This document shows, one piece after another, positions 1-11,880 of a stretch of 64,000 bases of DNA (position 1 is the stretch's first letter; each line of letters opens with the position of its first letter). The notes under the pieces were generated by a model. It ran no database searches. It saw only the letters and a list, made by a program, of their open reading frames with translations, and was not told where the DNA came from. This DNA is from Octopus sinensis. Taxonomy: Eukaryota. The stretch is from NCBI RefSeq assembly GCF_006345805.1, contig NC_043010.1:23684001-23748000 (forward strand), written 5' to 3'. The translations under genes were made by a program, and so were the position numbers.

Positions 1-189
1 AATTAACAGGTAAATTGGAGCTGATGCATTCTAACCAACTTCCGTGTTTTGAAGTCTCATATCTTACTCGTAGAAAAAAATTAAATTTGTAACGTTTTGC
101 GGAGACGATGGAATAAATTGAGTTTTTCTAGAACAGTTTTTTTTCAACTATATCAGATCAACGAAGGTTCTAAATACAAAAAAAAATTT

Positions 190-261
190 TAATGAATTTA
201 TCATAATAATAATAATAATAATAACAACAACAACAATTTTATAATAATGATGATGATGATG

Positions 262-328
<67 letters not shown>

Positions 329-359
329 AATAATAACAATAAAAATAATAGTAATAATA

Positions 360-404
<45 letters not shown>

Positions 405-530
405 CAACAACAATAACAATAATAATAACAACAGTGCCACAGCATGGCCACAACTCGTGAGCTGAAACTAGATTAAAAAATACCAACAACAACAACAACA
501 ACAATAATAATAATAATAATAATAATAATG

Positions 531-566
<36 letters not shown>
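190..566. repeat. Compound (AAT)n/(AAC)n/(GAT)n microsatellite
   Basis: Direct reading; explains the poly-I/L/Y ORFs at 148-639. Confidence 0.95.
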
Positions 567-567
<1 letters not shown>

Positions 568-2279
568 AATTTCATGTGGCATTTCATGTGGCACATGAAA
601 TTTCATGTGGCATTTTCCAGGGTGACTCACTATCACCACTCCTCTTTTGTTTAGCCTTAATACCTCTCACAAAAATGCTCAATGACGCGCATTACGGATA
701 TAAAATGTTTGATAAAAATATAAATCATCTCATTTACATGGATGATTTAAAGCTCTTTGCAAAAAATGACCAACAACTCAAGGGCTTACTAGCGATAGTC
801 AAACAATTCAGTGACGACATCAGAATGCAATTTAGCCTCGATAAATGTGCAGAAGCTACATTTATCAAAGGAAAAATGACAGAAACATCTAACGTTAACC
901 TTGACCAGCAGAATGTCATAAAAGAATTAGACCCAGTGGAGAGCTACAAGTACCTAGGGATAATTGAAAGGGGCGGAATAAGGTATTCAGTGATGAAGGA
1001 AAGGATCAGGAGAGAATGTTATCGCAGAGTAAGAGCAATACTCAAGAGAGAGCTGAATGCGAGAAACAGGATCGAAGCGATCACTGCTTTAGCCATTCCA
1101 GTCGTGACTTACAGTTTCAATATCGTTAACTGGTCAATTACTGAAATATGTAATCTTGACAGAAAAATACGAAAACTGTTGACAATGCATAGAATGCACC
1201 ACCCTAAGGCAGATACAGAACGATTTTATTTGCCAAGAAAAGATGGAGGTCGTGGACTTTTACAACTGGCAATAACAATGAAGATTGCTACAATTGGCCT
1301 AGACACCTACCTACAAGAAACAAGCACAGAAAAAGCTAAGCGCATGAAAACCCGTGTTAAAACTGCGGCCTTGAATATTCTAAATGATAAATGGCAAGAA
1401 AAACCTCTCTATGGCAAATACCCAAGGAGAGCGAATAATGCAGATGTTGACAAAGCCCTAACCCATCATTGGCTAATGGCCTCTGGTTTAAAATCTGAAA
1501 CAGAAGGGTTTATCATAGCAGCTCAAGATCAATGCCTACCTACAAGGAACTACCAGGCCAACATATTAAAGAACTCCAAGTGCAGTCTTCTAGCGCCTAC
1601 AGAGTATCTCAACAGGCATGATAGAGCTGCACAATATATTCACTGGGTAATTTGCAAAAACCTGGATTTGCCCCATGAAAAAAGCTGGTGGGAACACAAA
1701 CCACCTCCAGTGCTTGAAAATGACCACATCTCTTTCCTCTGGAACTTCACCATTCAAACTGACAGAAAGATAGATGCAAAAAGGCCAGACATCATATTGA
1801 AAGACTTCAGACAAAGAACATGCCTCATTAATATGACTGTCCCAATCGATATAAACGTATCTGTCAAGACCTACCAGGAACTGGGCAAATATAAAGATCT
1901 TGAAATAGAAATCAGCAAAATGTGGAACCTGAAGACTAAAACAATACCTGCTGTCATAGGTGCCCTGGGAATGATAGCAAAAGGGACTGATTGGTACCTA
2001 ACTCAGATACCAGGAAACCCCAAAATGGCAGACATTCAAAAGATAGTGCTCATAGGAACTGCTCATATCCTACGCAAAATACTTTCTATGTAATCTCAAG
2101 GTTTAAAGCAAACATAATTTGGTTTTTTTTTAGACATTCACTAGTACAACACCAAAAAAAAACCCAAATATATGGCACACTAGGCATAACAACAACATGA
2201 ACTTCCGATCTGTTGTCTCTTGGGGTCTCTGGGTGAGACTTGGACCCAACTTGTACAAAGCAAAAGTCAAACATAGAAC
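567..2279 (+). mobile_element. 5'-truncated R4/Dong-clade (restriction-like endonuclease) non-LTR retrotransposon with internal deletions
   Basis: ORF 528-2093 has RT motifs GIFQGDSLSPLLF and YMDDLKL, then REL motifs RHD, RPDIIL and KYKDL, then a 3' UTR ending at (ATA)n. The zinc knuckle looks partly deleted (ILKNSKCSLLAPTEY). Confidence 0.88.
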
Positions 2280-2298
2280 AATAATAATAATAATAATA

Positions 2299-2333
<35 letters not shown>

Positions 2334-2668
2334 AAATGCCCTGATGCAGTACCGGACAGTGGCTCTCATGGCTTCTGATCTTAACTGATTGGAAGTGTTA
2401 TCATGTACATTGTTTTGTCCTGGTATAAAAGATGGGCTACAGCATATATTCTGCTCAATATCACAGATTTGTTTGTCAGTTGTTTGACCTTCACAGATTT
2501 GTTTGTCAGTTGTTTGACCTTAGTGGCTGACGATATGTTCATCTCTGATCACGAGCAGAAGTAGTGGGGGACCATCATAGCCGAGTGTTGAAAGTAATTT
2601 TTAGAGGTTTGGGTAATTCACATCTGGAAACATGGGTGTTTCGTTCAACATCCTTAAACATTCCTATT
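2334..2668 (+). mobile_element. Partial copy of a 558-bp non-coding repeat (full copy at 54424-54981)
   Basis: Both copies start AAATGCCCTGATGCAGTACC right after a trinucleotide array; this one has a 30-bp internal tandem duplication. Confidence 0.8.
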
Positions 2669-2913
2669 ATTGCATTTTTTCTACCAGTAATTGAATTGTT
2701 TCTTTTCAAGGCAGCGCTGTCAGTGGTCAGTGGCCACTGGTAGTAGTATACATATTTGACCTCTGCTGATCCAAAGGGTCTGAAAATTCCTTTGTTTCTA
2801 TGGCTGACCTTCCCACTATCTGCCGAAAGTATTTATAGACATGTTGTTATGATCTATTTACCAAACTGCTACCCAACTAGTTCGTCAAACAATGGTAGTG
2901 GTGGTGATGGTGA

Positions 2914-2999
<86 letters not shown>

Positions 3000-3150
3000 T
3001 AATAATTTGCTGCAGCTGCTTAATGCTAACTACAATAATAATGCTACAACTACTACTACTATGATAGCAGAGGAATCTGACGCCCAACTACCAACCTTAC
3101 TCTACCCCACCCCTACTACTGTTGCTGTTGCTGCAACTACTGCTGCTACT
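2914..3150. repeat. (AAT)n/(ACT)n microsatellite cluster
   Basis: Direct reading. Confidence 0.85.
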
Positions 3151-3249
3151 ACACATGGAAAGTTCCGGGGTAAGAATTACTGCCTGGAAAGTTCAAAGGA
3201 AGAGGAGGAAGGGAGAAATTACTTTCTGGAAGTACACAGATAGATAGTA

Positions 3250-4382
3250 ATTTCATCACCGACCGTCGCCGGGAACCAGTCGTGCTGTGCTCGGATTCAC
3301 GTTGAGCATGAGCAGCAGCGTAGTCGTTTGTTTCGTCTGCCATATCCTCGAAAAGTTCCTCCATGAGAATCTCGTGGAATATTTCCAAAAGCGAACTGTT
3401 ATTGTCCAGGTTCGCTCTTATCCCGGAGTTGCCGAAGAATCCATATCGTCGCAGAAAATTGTCTATTCTCCGCCACACCACATTCTGCTGGCCAGGACCA
3501 TCGACACTTGCCCTTCTGTTGTTTCGCAGCAATTGCAAAGTACCCGGATCAGAGACATCCGAATCAGAGTTCAGCAAAAGCTAAGAGCCAGAATCACCAT
3601 AAGATGAGTCAAAATCACGAGAAAAGCCTGAGCCTGAATCAGCATTACCTCTCGATTCAGCAGCAGCAGCTGACGATCGAGCTGAGGATATGGGTGTGGT
3701 CGGGCGCGAAGCAGCTCATGTCATCGGACGCGACCGCAAATTTGCTGAAGGAGTATCACCGGCCTCCGCAGCAGCTGCAGCGACACTGGAAGTACAAGGC
3801 CGCGGCTCAGTTTCACGTGTAGGTGTCGGTCGAGCGGATGTTTAACGCGACGACGAACGAGTTGGCGTTGAGCGAGTTGACGTAGGAGTCGGTCTTGCCG
3901 ACGTTTGACGCGACGACGAGTTGGTTGCCGCAGGTGTTGTCGGGCGCGATGACGAGCGTAAATTCGCTGATGGAGGACCGACGTGCGAACGCAGAACTTG
4001 TTATAATTGATTTGAAGACATTTTGAATTATGATGCCTTTACGCTGGAGACCGTTAGTTTTGTACCTCCTGTACCAATGCATATGCATGTAAAGTGCCCG
4101 CATGTCATTGGTCTACTGCTCGTCTCATGACTTGAACGTAACCTTAAATAGTTAAGATGATGCACGGGACGGCGAGCGCGCGCACCTCAAGAGATAAAGT
4201 ACACGATAGCGAACTTAAACATATGTCAGCCGATAAAAAGTCCGCGATAGATGTAGGGCAGCCGTACATCGTATATTTACATTAACCGCGGGTAGGCAAG
4301 CAAATGTGTGATCGCATATTTGCGTCAACAGTTGTCAAGGGGTGAAGCACTTGAATGTGCCACCATGTGTTACTGCCTAGGA
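3250..4382 (-). mobile_element. Decayed 5' part of a piggyBac-like transposon (transposase N-terminus pseudogene)
   Basis: Minus-strand GFFGNSG...SLLEIFHEILMEELFEDMADETNDYA resembles the start of piggyBac transposase cores; preceded by a Ser/Thr/Pro-rich region with stops. Terminus reads TTAA|TCCTAG on the minus strand (piggyBac TIR is CCCTAG). Confidence 0.65.
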
Positions 4383-5388
4383 TTAATGCCACGTTGCACA
4401 ATCTCAGGACAGTTCCAGTAATTTTGCTGAGTCATAGGCTTACAAAAGCAGTGTCAGTGACTCTTGCTCTTAGTAAGAAAACGGGCAGGGTTTGAACACA
4501 GAATATAAAGGACCGTAACTAAGTATCGCAGCATATTTTCCCTGATATATCACCAGTTCTACCATCACACACTTATATTTTCTCATAATATTCAAATTTC
4601 GTCTGATGCTGGTGCACTGCAACTACCCTTCATATTACATCCCAACCCCAGTTGGAGCAACCTAATTTCCTAATTAATGCCTCTGGGAAAGATATGAATG
4701 TCACTACTTCCTGTCTTCCTCCTTTTAATGATGTTGCCTGTTGTTTTTGTCAACTCCAATGGAAACCGATATTTTAATCATTTGTGAAATTACTTCAATC
4801 TTTGCAATTTTATTGAAACCAATTTTGAAGTAAATTTGTAACGAAACACCAAAAGATATTAAAAGAACTTCAAATATTCTTTGTCATAGACTATTAAACC
4901 TTGTCACAAAGGAAAAATAAACATAATGCTGATAGAAAGATGGAGGAAGGGGAGCAGATGATATATGAGTGTTTGCATGTTGTATTTCTGCATTTGTTAT
5001 AAGGATATGAATTGTTAAAATCAGAAGAAATACAATGGAATACAAATTCAGTTGAAATCGAATTACAATTTGAAATGAAAATGTAATTCAACAGATTGGA
5101 AAAATAATATTATGTGCTTTCAAAATTATTAATTTTCTGTAATGACTGCGAATGTAGAGAAATTGGCAGATTCGGTGTCACGGCTTGTGATAAAATGGAT
5201 TATAGCTATTCAACATCTCTGCGCTCTGTGTTCAAATCACACCGGGGTAAAATTTGCCTTATGTTTTCCTGGAGTCAATGAATATATCATTAGCAGTCGA
5301 GTACTACTGGAATCTATTCTACTTTGTTCCCGGGAGAAGGTCATTGCGGTACCACTTAAGTACTCTATCTCGAGTATTTCAGACTTAT

Positions 5389-5780
5389 AGGTGCTGGCGT
5401 GGCTGTGTAGTAAGAAATTTGCTTCCCAACGACATGGTTCCGGGTTCAGTCCCACTGCGTGAAGCGTTGGGCATGTGTCTTCCGCTATAGCCACGGGCCG
5501 ACCAAGTGGATATGGTAGACGGAAACTGAAAGAAGTACATCCTATATATATATATGTATGTGTGTGTGTTTGTCCCATGTGTGTGTTTGTGCCACCACCA
5601 CCCGTGTTGGTTTGTTTATTTCCCCGCAATTTAGCGAAAATGGCGGTCGACTTCTGAGACCAATGCAAAAAGTAACAGGCTTTAAAAAAATAGGTACCGA
5701 GTTCGATTCGTTGGAGAAAACTTCTTCAAAGCAGTGCCGCAGCATGGCCACAGTCTAATGGCAGAAACAAGTACAAAATA
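5389..5780 (+). mobile_element. tRNA-derived SINE, family B (CORE-like GGGCAAGTGTCTTC domain)
   Basis: Head GGCGTGGCTGTGTAGTAAG with B box GTTCAGTCCC; about a dozen related copies in the window. Confidence 0.8.
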
Positions 5781-5911
5781 GATATCCGATAAAAATCAGC
5801 CCGTCCTGTGACTAAATAACAACGACAACAATTGCCGCTACACTACAAATATATCGGATCTTTATAATTGTTCTAGGATTATCGTTTTAAGACAATAATA
5901 TATTATTCGAG

Positions 5912-6190
5912 AAAGGCGGCGAGCTGGCAGAAACGTTCACACACCGGGCGACATGCTTAGCGGTATTTCGTCTGTCTTTACGCCCTGAGTTCAAATTCCA
6001 CCGAGGACAACTTTGCTTTTCGTCCTTTCGGGGTCGATAAATTAAGTACCAGTTATGCACTGAAGTCGATGTAATCGACTTGATCCCTTTGTCTGTACTT
6101 GTTTGTCCCCTCTGTGTTTAGCCCCTTGTGGGTAGTAAAGAAATAGGCATTTCGTGTGTCTTTACGTTCGACTTTGCCTTTCATCCCTTC
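5912..6190 (+). mobile_element. tRNA-derived SINE, family A (AAGGCGGCGAGCTGGCAGAA head; tail ...GTGGGTAGTAAAGAAATA)
   Basis: B box GAGTTCAAATTCC; central GACTTTGCCTTTCATCCTTTCGGGGTCGAT domain shared by about ten copies. Confidence 0.85.
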
Positions 6191-6628
6191 GGGGTTATTG
6201 GCTTCCACTTTGGTGCATTGTCTTAACATGAGTAATATTTGAATGTGACAACCTATTCAACATATGGTTAGAAGCTATTCACTTCCTCGTGTACGGAGGC
6301 TTGGATACACACACACACACATACACACATACATTCACACGAAACCTTATGTGTATGCCCATACACATTCATACACACACACCGTTATACACAGATCCTC
6401 ACACACACATGTTCACACTTAAAACGTTTCATATACATTAATACATAGATCATCCTACTTATATACATACGTACTGATGAACGCACACCTCATAATACGT
6501 ACGGATACGGATACAAAACGTAAACACACAGTAACGTACAAGAATATATGCGCAAAACACACGTAGACCGTTACAAACACCGATATACACCCCAAACCGT
6601 TTACACATTCAAGCTGTTATTACCTATA

Positions 6629-7455
6629 CGAGGTATGATCAATAAGTATCAGCACTGTTGCCATAGAATCAAAGCTAAATCACGCACAGTAAAGCCGCTT
6701 GGCAAAGATTGATCTTGAACCCTGCATTAAGTTTTAACGTTCTAGCACACTTCCACTGTTTACAGCAGTGCTCGGAGGGAAGGTGTGTCGCATTGACAAT
6801 GGCAGAGAAAGTTGTCATGGCGATACCTGCTCAGAAGCCTGCGCAAAGGTGCAGGAAGTGTATGAACAGGAGTATATGAAATGCACACAGGTGTACGAGT
6901 GGTTCAGACGCTTTTAAGATGGCCGAAAAAATGTCGATATTCTGGGAGATCCACAACCAGCAGAACTGAGAAAAACATCGCAGATGTGTTTGCAGCTGTG
7001 AGGGGAAATCGTTGAATCACCATCTGGAAGTTATCAGCCTATTACCACTGAAGATTTGGGTATGAGACGCGTGTCTACCAAATTTGTGCCAAAACTGCTT
7101 TCAGCTGACCAAAAGGACACACGGGTTTCAGTTGCACAAGATCTCCTTAATTGTGTTGAACGATGAAAAGATTTTGAAAATCTTGTGTAGGCATCTGAGC
7201 AGGTATTACCAAGCTTTTGGCAAAACTTGATGCAGATTCTCTCCTCAACTTCCTCTGTCATGTACAATGCGACGATGACATGCTACACACGTTCCTTCAA
7301 AGCACTGTTGTAAACAGTGAAGGTAAGCTAGAACGTTCAAACTTAGTGAGCATGCACAGCAGTGTTGAATATCAATCTATGCCAAGCGGTTTTACTCTGC
7401 GTGCTGTAGCTTCGTTACTTTGACAACGGTACGGATAGTTATTGATCAGACTACG
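6629..7455 (+). mobile_element. Non-autonomous mariner derivative with two inverted 5' ends
   Basis: TA|CGAGGTATGATCAATAAGTATC ... GATAGTTATTGATCAGACTACG|TA; transposase N-terminal fragments on both strands (ERICIKFCQKLG on minus; GMRRVSTKFVPKLL on plus). Confidence 0.8.
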
Positions 7456-7689
7456 TATATTCATACAAACTGTTACAGATACACATACCAACAGACAAAA
7501 GTTTACACACTCATGCATACATATTTACACACACACACATAAACACATACAAATCGTTATACATACGAGTTTATAAACACAAAAAGCATTGTACACATGC
7601 ATGTCCACACATGCGCACACACACTCACATTGTACATGAAAGGACTAAAGACTTTCGTGCTCCCTTGTTTCACTCCTACTCCTCCGCCT

Positions 7690-8110
7690 TCTCCATTTTC
7701 TTCTTTTTCTTCATTTTCTTTCTTTCTTCTCCACTTCCTCCTTTTTCTTCTTCTTCTATTACTATTGTTGCTGCTGCTGCTACTACTACTACTACTACTA
7801 CCACTACTACTCCTTTTTCTTCCGCTCTTTTGCTTCTCGTTCTCCTTTTTCTCCTCCTCCTTTCGTTCTCCTCCTCCCCTCCTTCCTCTTCTTACTTTTG
7901 TTTTCTTTCTTTTTCTTTTATTTTTTCTGCCTGTTCATCATCGTCTTGACCATCTTCTGTTTTTTTCTTCTTCTCTTCTTCTTCTTCTTCTTCTTCTCTT
8001 CTTCTCTTCTTCTTCTTCTTCTTCTTCTTCTTCTTCTCTTCTTCTTCTTCTTCTTCTTCTTCTTCTTCTTCTTCTTTTTTTCCTCATCCTCCTCCTTCTC
8101 CACCTCCTCG
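7690..8110. repeat. Long (CTT)n polypyrimidine tract with (CTA)n/(CTG)n
   Basis: Direct reading. Confidence 0.9.
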
Positions 8111-8560
8111 TTTCTCTGAGTGTTTTTTGTTGTTGTTTCTCTTTTTTATCTCATTGAAAGATTCATCTGTAAAATTATCTTTCAAGGAAGAGGAACTTTG
8201 ACAAGTGTTGCCGAGAAATATCTCACGTTTCATTTGCCAGTTGGATTAGTGTAAAGAAATGATGATAAATGGATACGTGTTGTTAGTTTTATGATTAGCA
8301 AAGGACATTTCGATCAGTTTTCTTTCCACATTTAACTTGTGATTTTACATTAAAAGCCGCGACTGCGAAATTGAGAAAATGAGGAATTGCGAGTTGGCTG
8401 AATGGTGGAAAGGACGAAGGACCGTGCGGTAGGTCGGTCGGTCGGTCGAACTGATAAAGTGTTTGATATGGTTGGCGCTTGCAATCACTACTCTGAGGCC
8501 TTGCGAGTTCTTTCAAGATGTTGAAACGCTTACAGTATCTTTCTTTCTTAGTCCCTGTCT

Positions 8561-8570
8561 CTATCTATCC

Positions 8571-8660
<90 letters not shown>
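8561..8660. repeat. (TATC)n followed by (TA)n microsatellite
   Basis: Direct reading; 5' flank of the Tx1-like element. Confidence 0.95.
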
Positions 8661-8662
<2 letters not shown>

Positions 8663-11373
8663 GGCACCGCGAGTGTCGCGTTGCTCTCAAGCAACTATGC
8701 CGTCCCGGGTCGATCTTCAGTGACTTCAACACAACCCAAGCATTCTATAGGGGATTAGTGGAGGGGAGGTACGACGACGAGCTCGGGGCGAACCTGGACG
8801 TCGACGAGGAATACCTGACCCGCCTGTTCAGGACGACTTTCGGGCCAGGGCCCATGAACAACTTCCAGAGATCTCTGGCCTGGCAGTGCTACCGAGAAGC
8901 GCTACCCGTTCGGGATAAGCTCTACAGACACGGCTCGAGAAACATGGGGCCGACCTGCCTGAGATGCAGTCAGAGCGAAGAAACCGTTCTACACGCACAC
9001 GTGCAGTGTCCAACAATTTCCGACCTGTGGGCTTATGTCGAACAACTGCTGTCACGTGTGGGACGAGTCGGTTTATCAGCCGAGTCTATCGTCAATATTG
9101 TCACGCCTCCTTCCTTCAAACGGGAAGGAAGAGCTATTTTCATCATCCTTGTGGCTATGGCTAAAGAATATATATGGTGGACGCGTCTGAAAGGATTGGA
9201 GACAAACACTTTCCTCTCTGGTCAACCTCACATCAACTTCTCGAAGTACCACTTGAAAAGGAAAGTGAGAGTAGAGAGGCAAGTTTTGTCTAGCGAACGT
9301 TTTAAAAAAAGATGGGTGAATGTAGCAAGGATGGCACGTATGAATGACGAAGCCACTGGCATGGGTGGGGCCCTAATCAACTTGGATCAATCGAAAGCCT
9401 TCGATAGGGTAGACCATCGATACTTGGAGGTAGTCCTGAGAGCGGCTGGTTTCGGTCCCGTCTTCCGCGGCTGGATAGCTGCCTTGTACAGAGGCATCCG
9501 TTCGGTAATTCGCGTAAATGGACATCTATCGAGACCTTTCGACATTGCACGTTCGGTCCGTCAGGGATGCCCCCTCTCGTCGCTTCTATACGTATTGACA
9601 CTTGAGCCACTACTGCGGAAGCTGGCGACTCTGAGGGGCATCCCGCGAGAATTGGGATGCGGGACGAGCGTGTCTGCATACGCGGACAACGTCACCGCCA
9701 TAGTGTCAAGCCAGGAGCACATCGAGCGGGTCGGCGAGACACTGAAAGACTACGAAGCGGTGACAGGAGCAAAAATCAACCGGGAAAAGTCAGTGGGCTT
9801 GCGGCTCGGCACCTGGACAAGAAAGCCCATGCCGTCCACCAGTACCTCCGTCGTGGGACGCTGGACAGACGACCCGGTTGAGTTGCTCGGGGTCTGGTTC
9901 GGTCCGGACCTCCAAATGGAGAAGAACTGGAACGAGATAACGAGTAGGGTGGTCACTCTCGCCCAGCAATGGGCCGAGAGGAAACTGTCCCTAAAAGGTC
10001 GGGCTGAAATGGCGAACACGTACATCGCGTCCATCATCTACTACCGCCTGACCGTCGTACCTTGTCCCGATCCATTTGCTGTCAACACCCGTTAAAAGGA
10101 GGGCTGGGCATGCCGTGGTTGATGATGCGCAGACACGCGCTGAGACTGCGACATCTCCGGCTCTATGTAGACGACGGTGAACAGGTGTGGTCGCCGTTTG
10201 TGAGGCACGCAATCCCGCAACTCGTCTCCATGACCGAACTGCAGTCGTGTCAAAAAGAGGCCGAGGAAGGGCGAATGACACCGCGAGTGTCGCGTTGCTC
10301 TCAAACAATTCTGCCGTCCCGGGTCGACCTTGAGTGACTTCAACACAACCAAAGCATTCTATAGGGGATTAGTGGAGGGGAGGTACGACGATGAACTCGG
10401 GACAAACCGGGGCGTCGACGAGGAATACCTGACCCGCCTGTTTCAAACGACTTTCGGCCCGGGACCTACGGACAACTTCCAGAGATCCCTGGCCTGGCGG
10501 TGCTACCAAGAAGCGCTACCCGTTCGGGATAAGCTCTATAGGCATGGCTCGAGAAACACGGGGCCTACCAGCCCGAGATGCGGGCAGAGCGACGAAACCG
10601 CTCTGCACGCAATCGTGCAGTGTCCAGCAATTTCCGACCTGTGGGCTTATGTCGAACGACAGCTGTCACGTGTGGGACGTGTCGGTTTATCAGCCGAGTC
10701 TATCGTCACGCCTCCTTCCTTCAAACGGGGAGGAAGAGCTATTTTTATCATACTTGTGGCTATGGCGAAAGAATGTATCTGGTGGACGCGCCTGAAAGGA
10801 TTAGAGACAAGCACTTTCCTCTCTGGTCAATCTCTCATCAACTTCTTCAAGTATCACTTGAAGAGGAAAGTGAGAGTAGAGAGGCAAGTTTTGTCTAGTG
10901 AATGTTTTAAAAAAAGATGGGTGAATGTAGCAAGGATGGCACGTATGAATGACGAAGCCACCTTGACTATGATTCTATGAACCGTAAAAATTAATACAGA
11001 GAGTTGCTTATTTGCAAAAAAATAAAAATAAAAAAGAAATATAACATGTGACTTCATTGGCCGAGGTTACCGTGGTCTTTTCCTTAGGCTTTTCTTTCCA
11101 TGGGTAAACCTCACCTGTCCTCCCCTTTACACTTCATATTGACATTTCTGTGATTACGATCCCTATTGATCAACTTTTTCTTTCCTCTCCCCTTTTCTTT
11201 TTTTCCCTCCCCCCCCCTTTTTTTTAAATCCTCCCCTTTTTTTTCCTCTTTCTTTCCCTTTACGATCCCTTTTGATCGAAAACCAACCCCCTCATTTTTT
11301 ACCCCCAAAAGAAAAGCTCTACCTTGTAATTTGTTCTGTCTGTGTGCAGCCCTGTGTGGCTAATAAAGAAACA

Positions 11374-11374
<1 letters not shown>
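8661..11374 (+). mobile_element. Chimeric L1/Tx1-clade LINE: ORF2 3' fragment, then RT fragment, second ORF2 3' fragment and 3' UTR
   Basis: LDQSKAFDRVDH, RQGCPLS and YADNV RT motifs; LPVRDKL...CLRC...ETVLH...C zinc-knuckle region present twice (about 8662-9354 and 10278-10980); pyrimidine-rich UTR ending AATAAAGAAAC. Confidence 0.85.
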
Positions 11375-11418
<44 letters not shown>

Positions 11419-11490
11419 CGTCATCTACCTATCTATCTACGTCTCTATCTGTCTATTTGACTGTCTATGTATCTATCAATCTATCTATCC

Positions 11491-11525
<35 letters not shown>

Positions 11526-11545
11526 CATCTCTCTCTCTCTATCTT

Positions 11546-11596
<51 letters not shown>

Positions 11597-11636
11597 ATCT
11601 CTCTATCTTTCTATCTATCTATATATCTATCTATCC

Positions 11637-11688
<52 letters not shown>

Positions 11689-11880
11689 GTCTATCTATCT
11701 ATCCATCTGTCTATCTATCCATCTGTCTATCTGTCTGTCTCTCTGTCTGTCAGTCTGACTATCTTTCTATATATCTTTCTATCTATCTATTTATCTATCT
11801 ATCTTTTTAACTATCTGTCAGTCTGACTATCTATTTATCTATCTATCTGCTATTCTGACTATCTATCTATCTACCTACCC
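11375..11880. repeat. (TATC)n compound microsatellite
   Basis: Direct reading; explains the YLSI-repeat ORFs. Confidence 0.95.

Noticed and set aside
148-639. Long poly-I/L/Y ORFs, and similar YI, HT, CV, YLSI and N/D-repeat ORFs across the window
   Set aside because: Translations of stop-free microsatellite frames; no coding signal.
528-2093. 521-aa ORF as an active retrotransposon or host gene
   Set aside because: Start codon comes from the microsatellite, the RT is 5'-truncated, and the zinc knuckle and linker appear deleted.
4660-5090. Possible decayed coding sequence
   Set aside because: Stops in all frames and no recognisable motif.
8518-10095. 525-aa ORF as a novel gene
   Set aside because: N-terminus is microsatellite; the rest is two fused LINE fragments with an incomplete RT.
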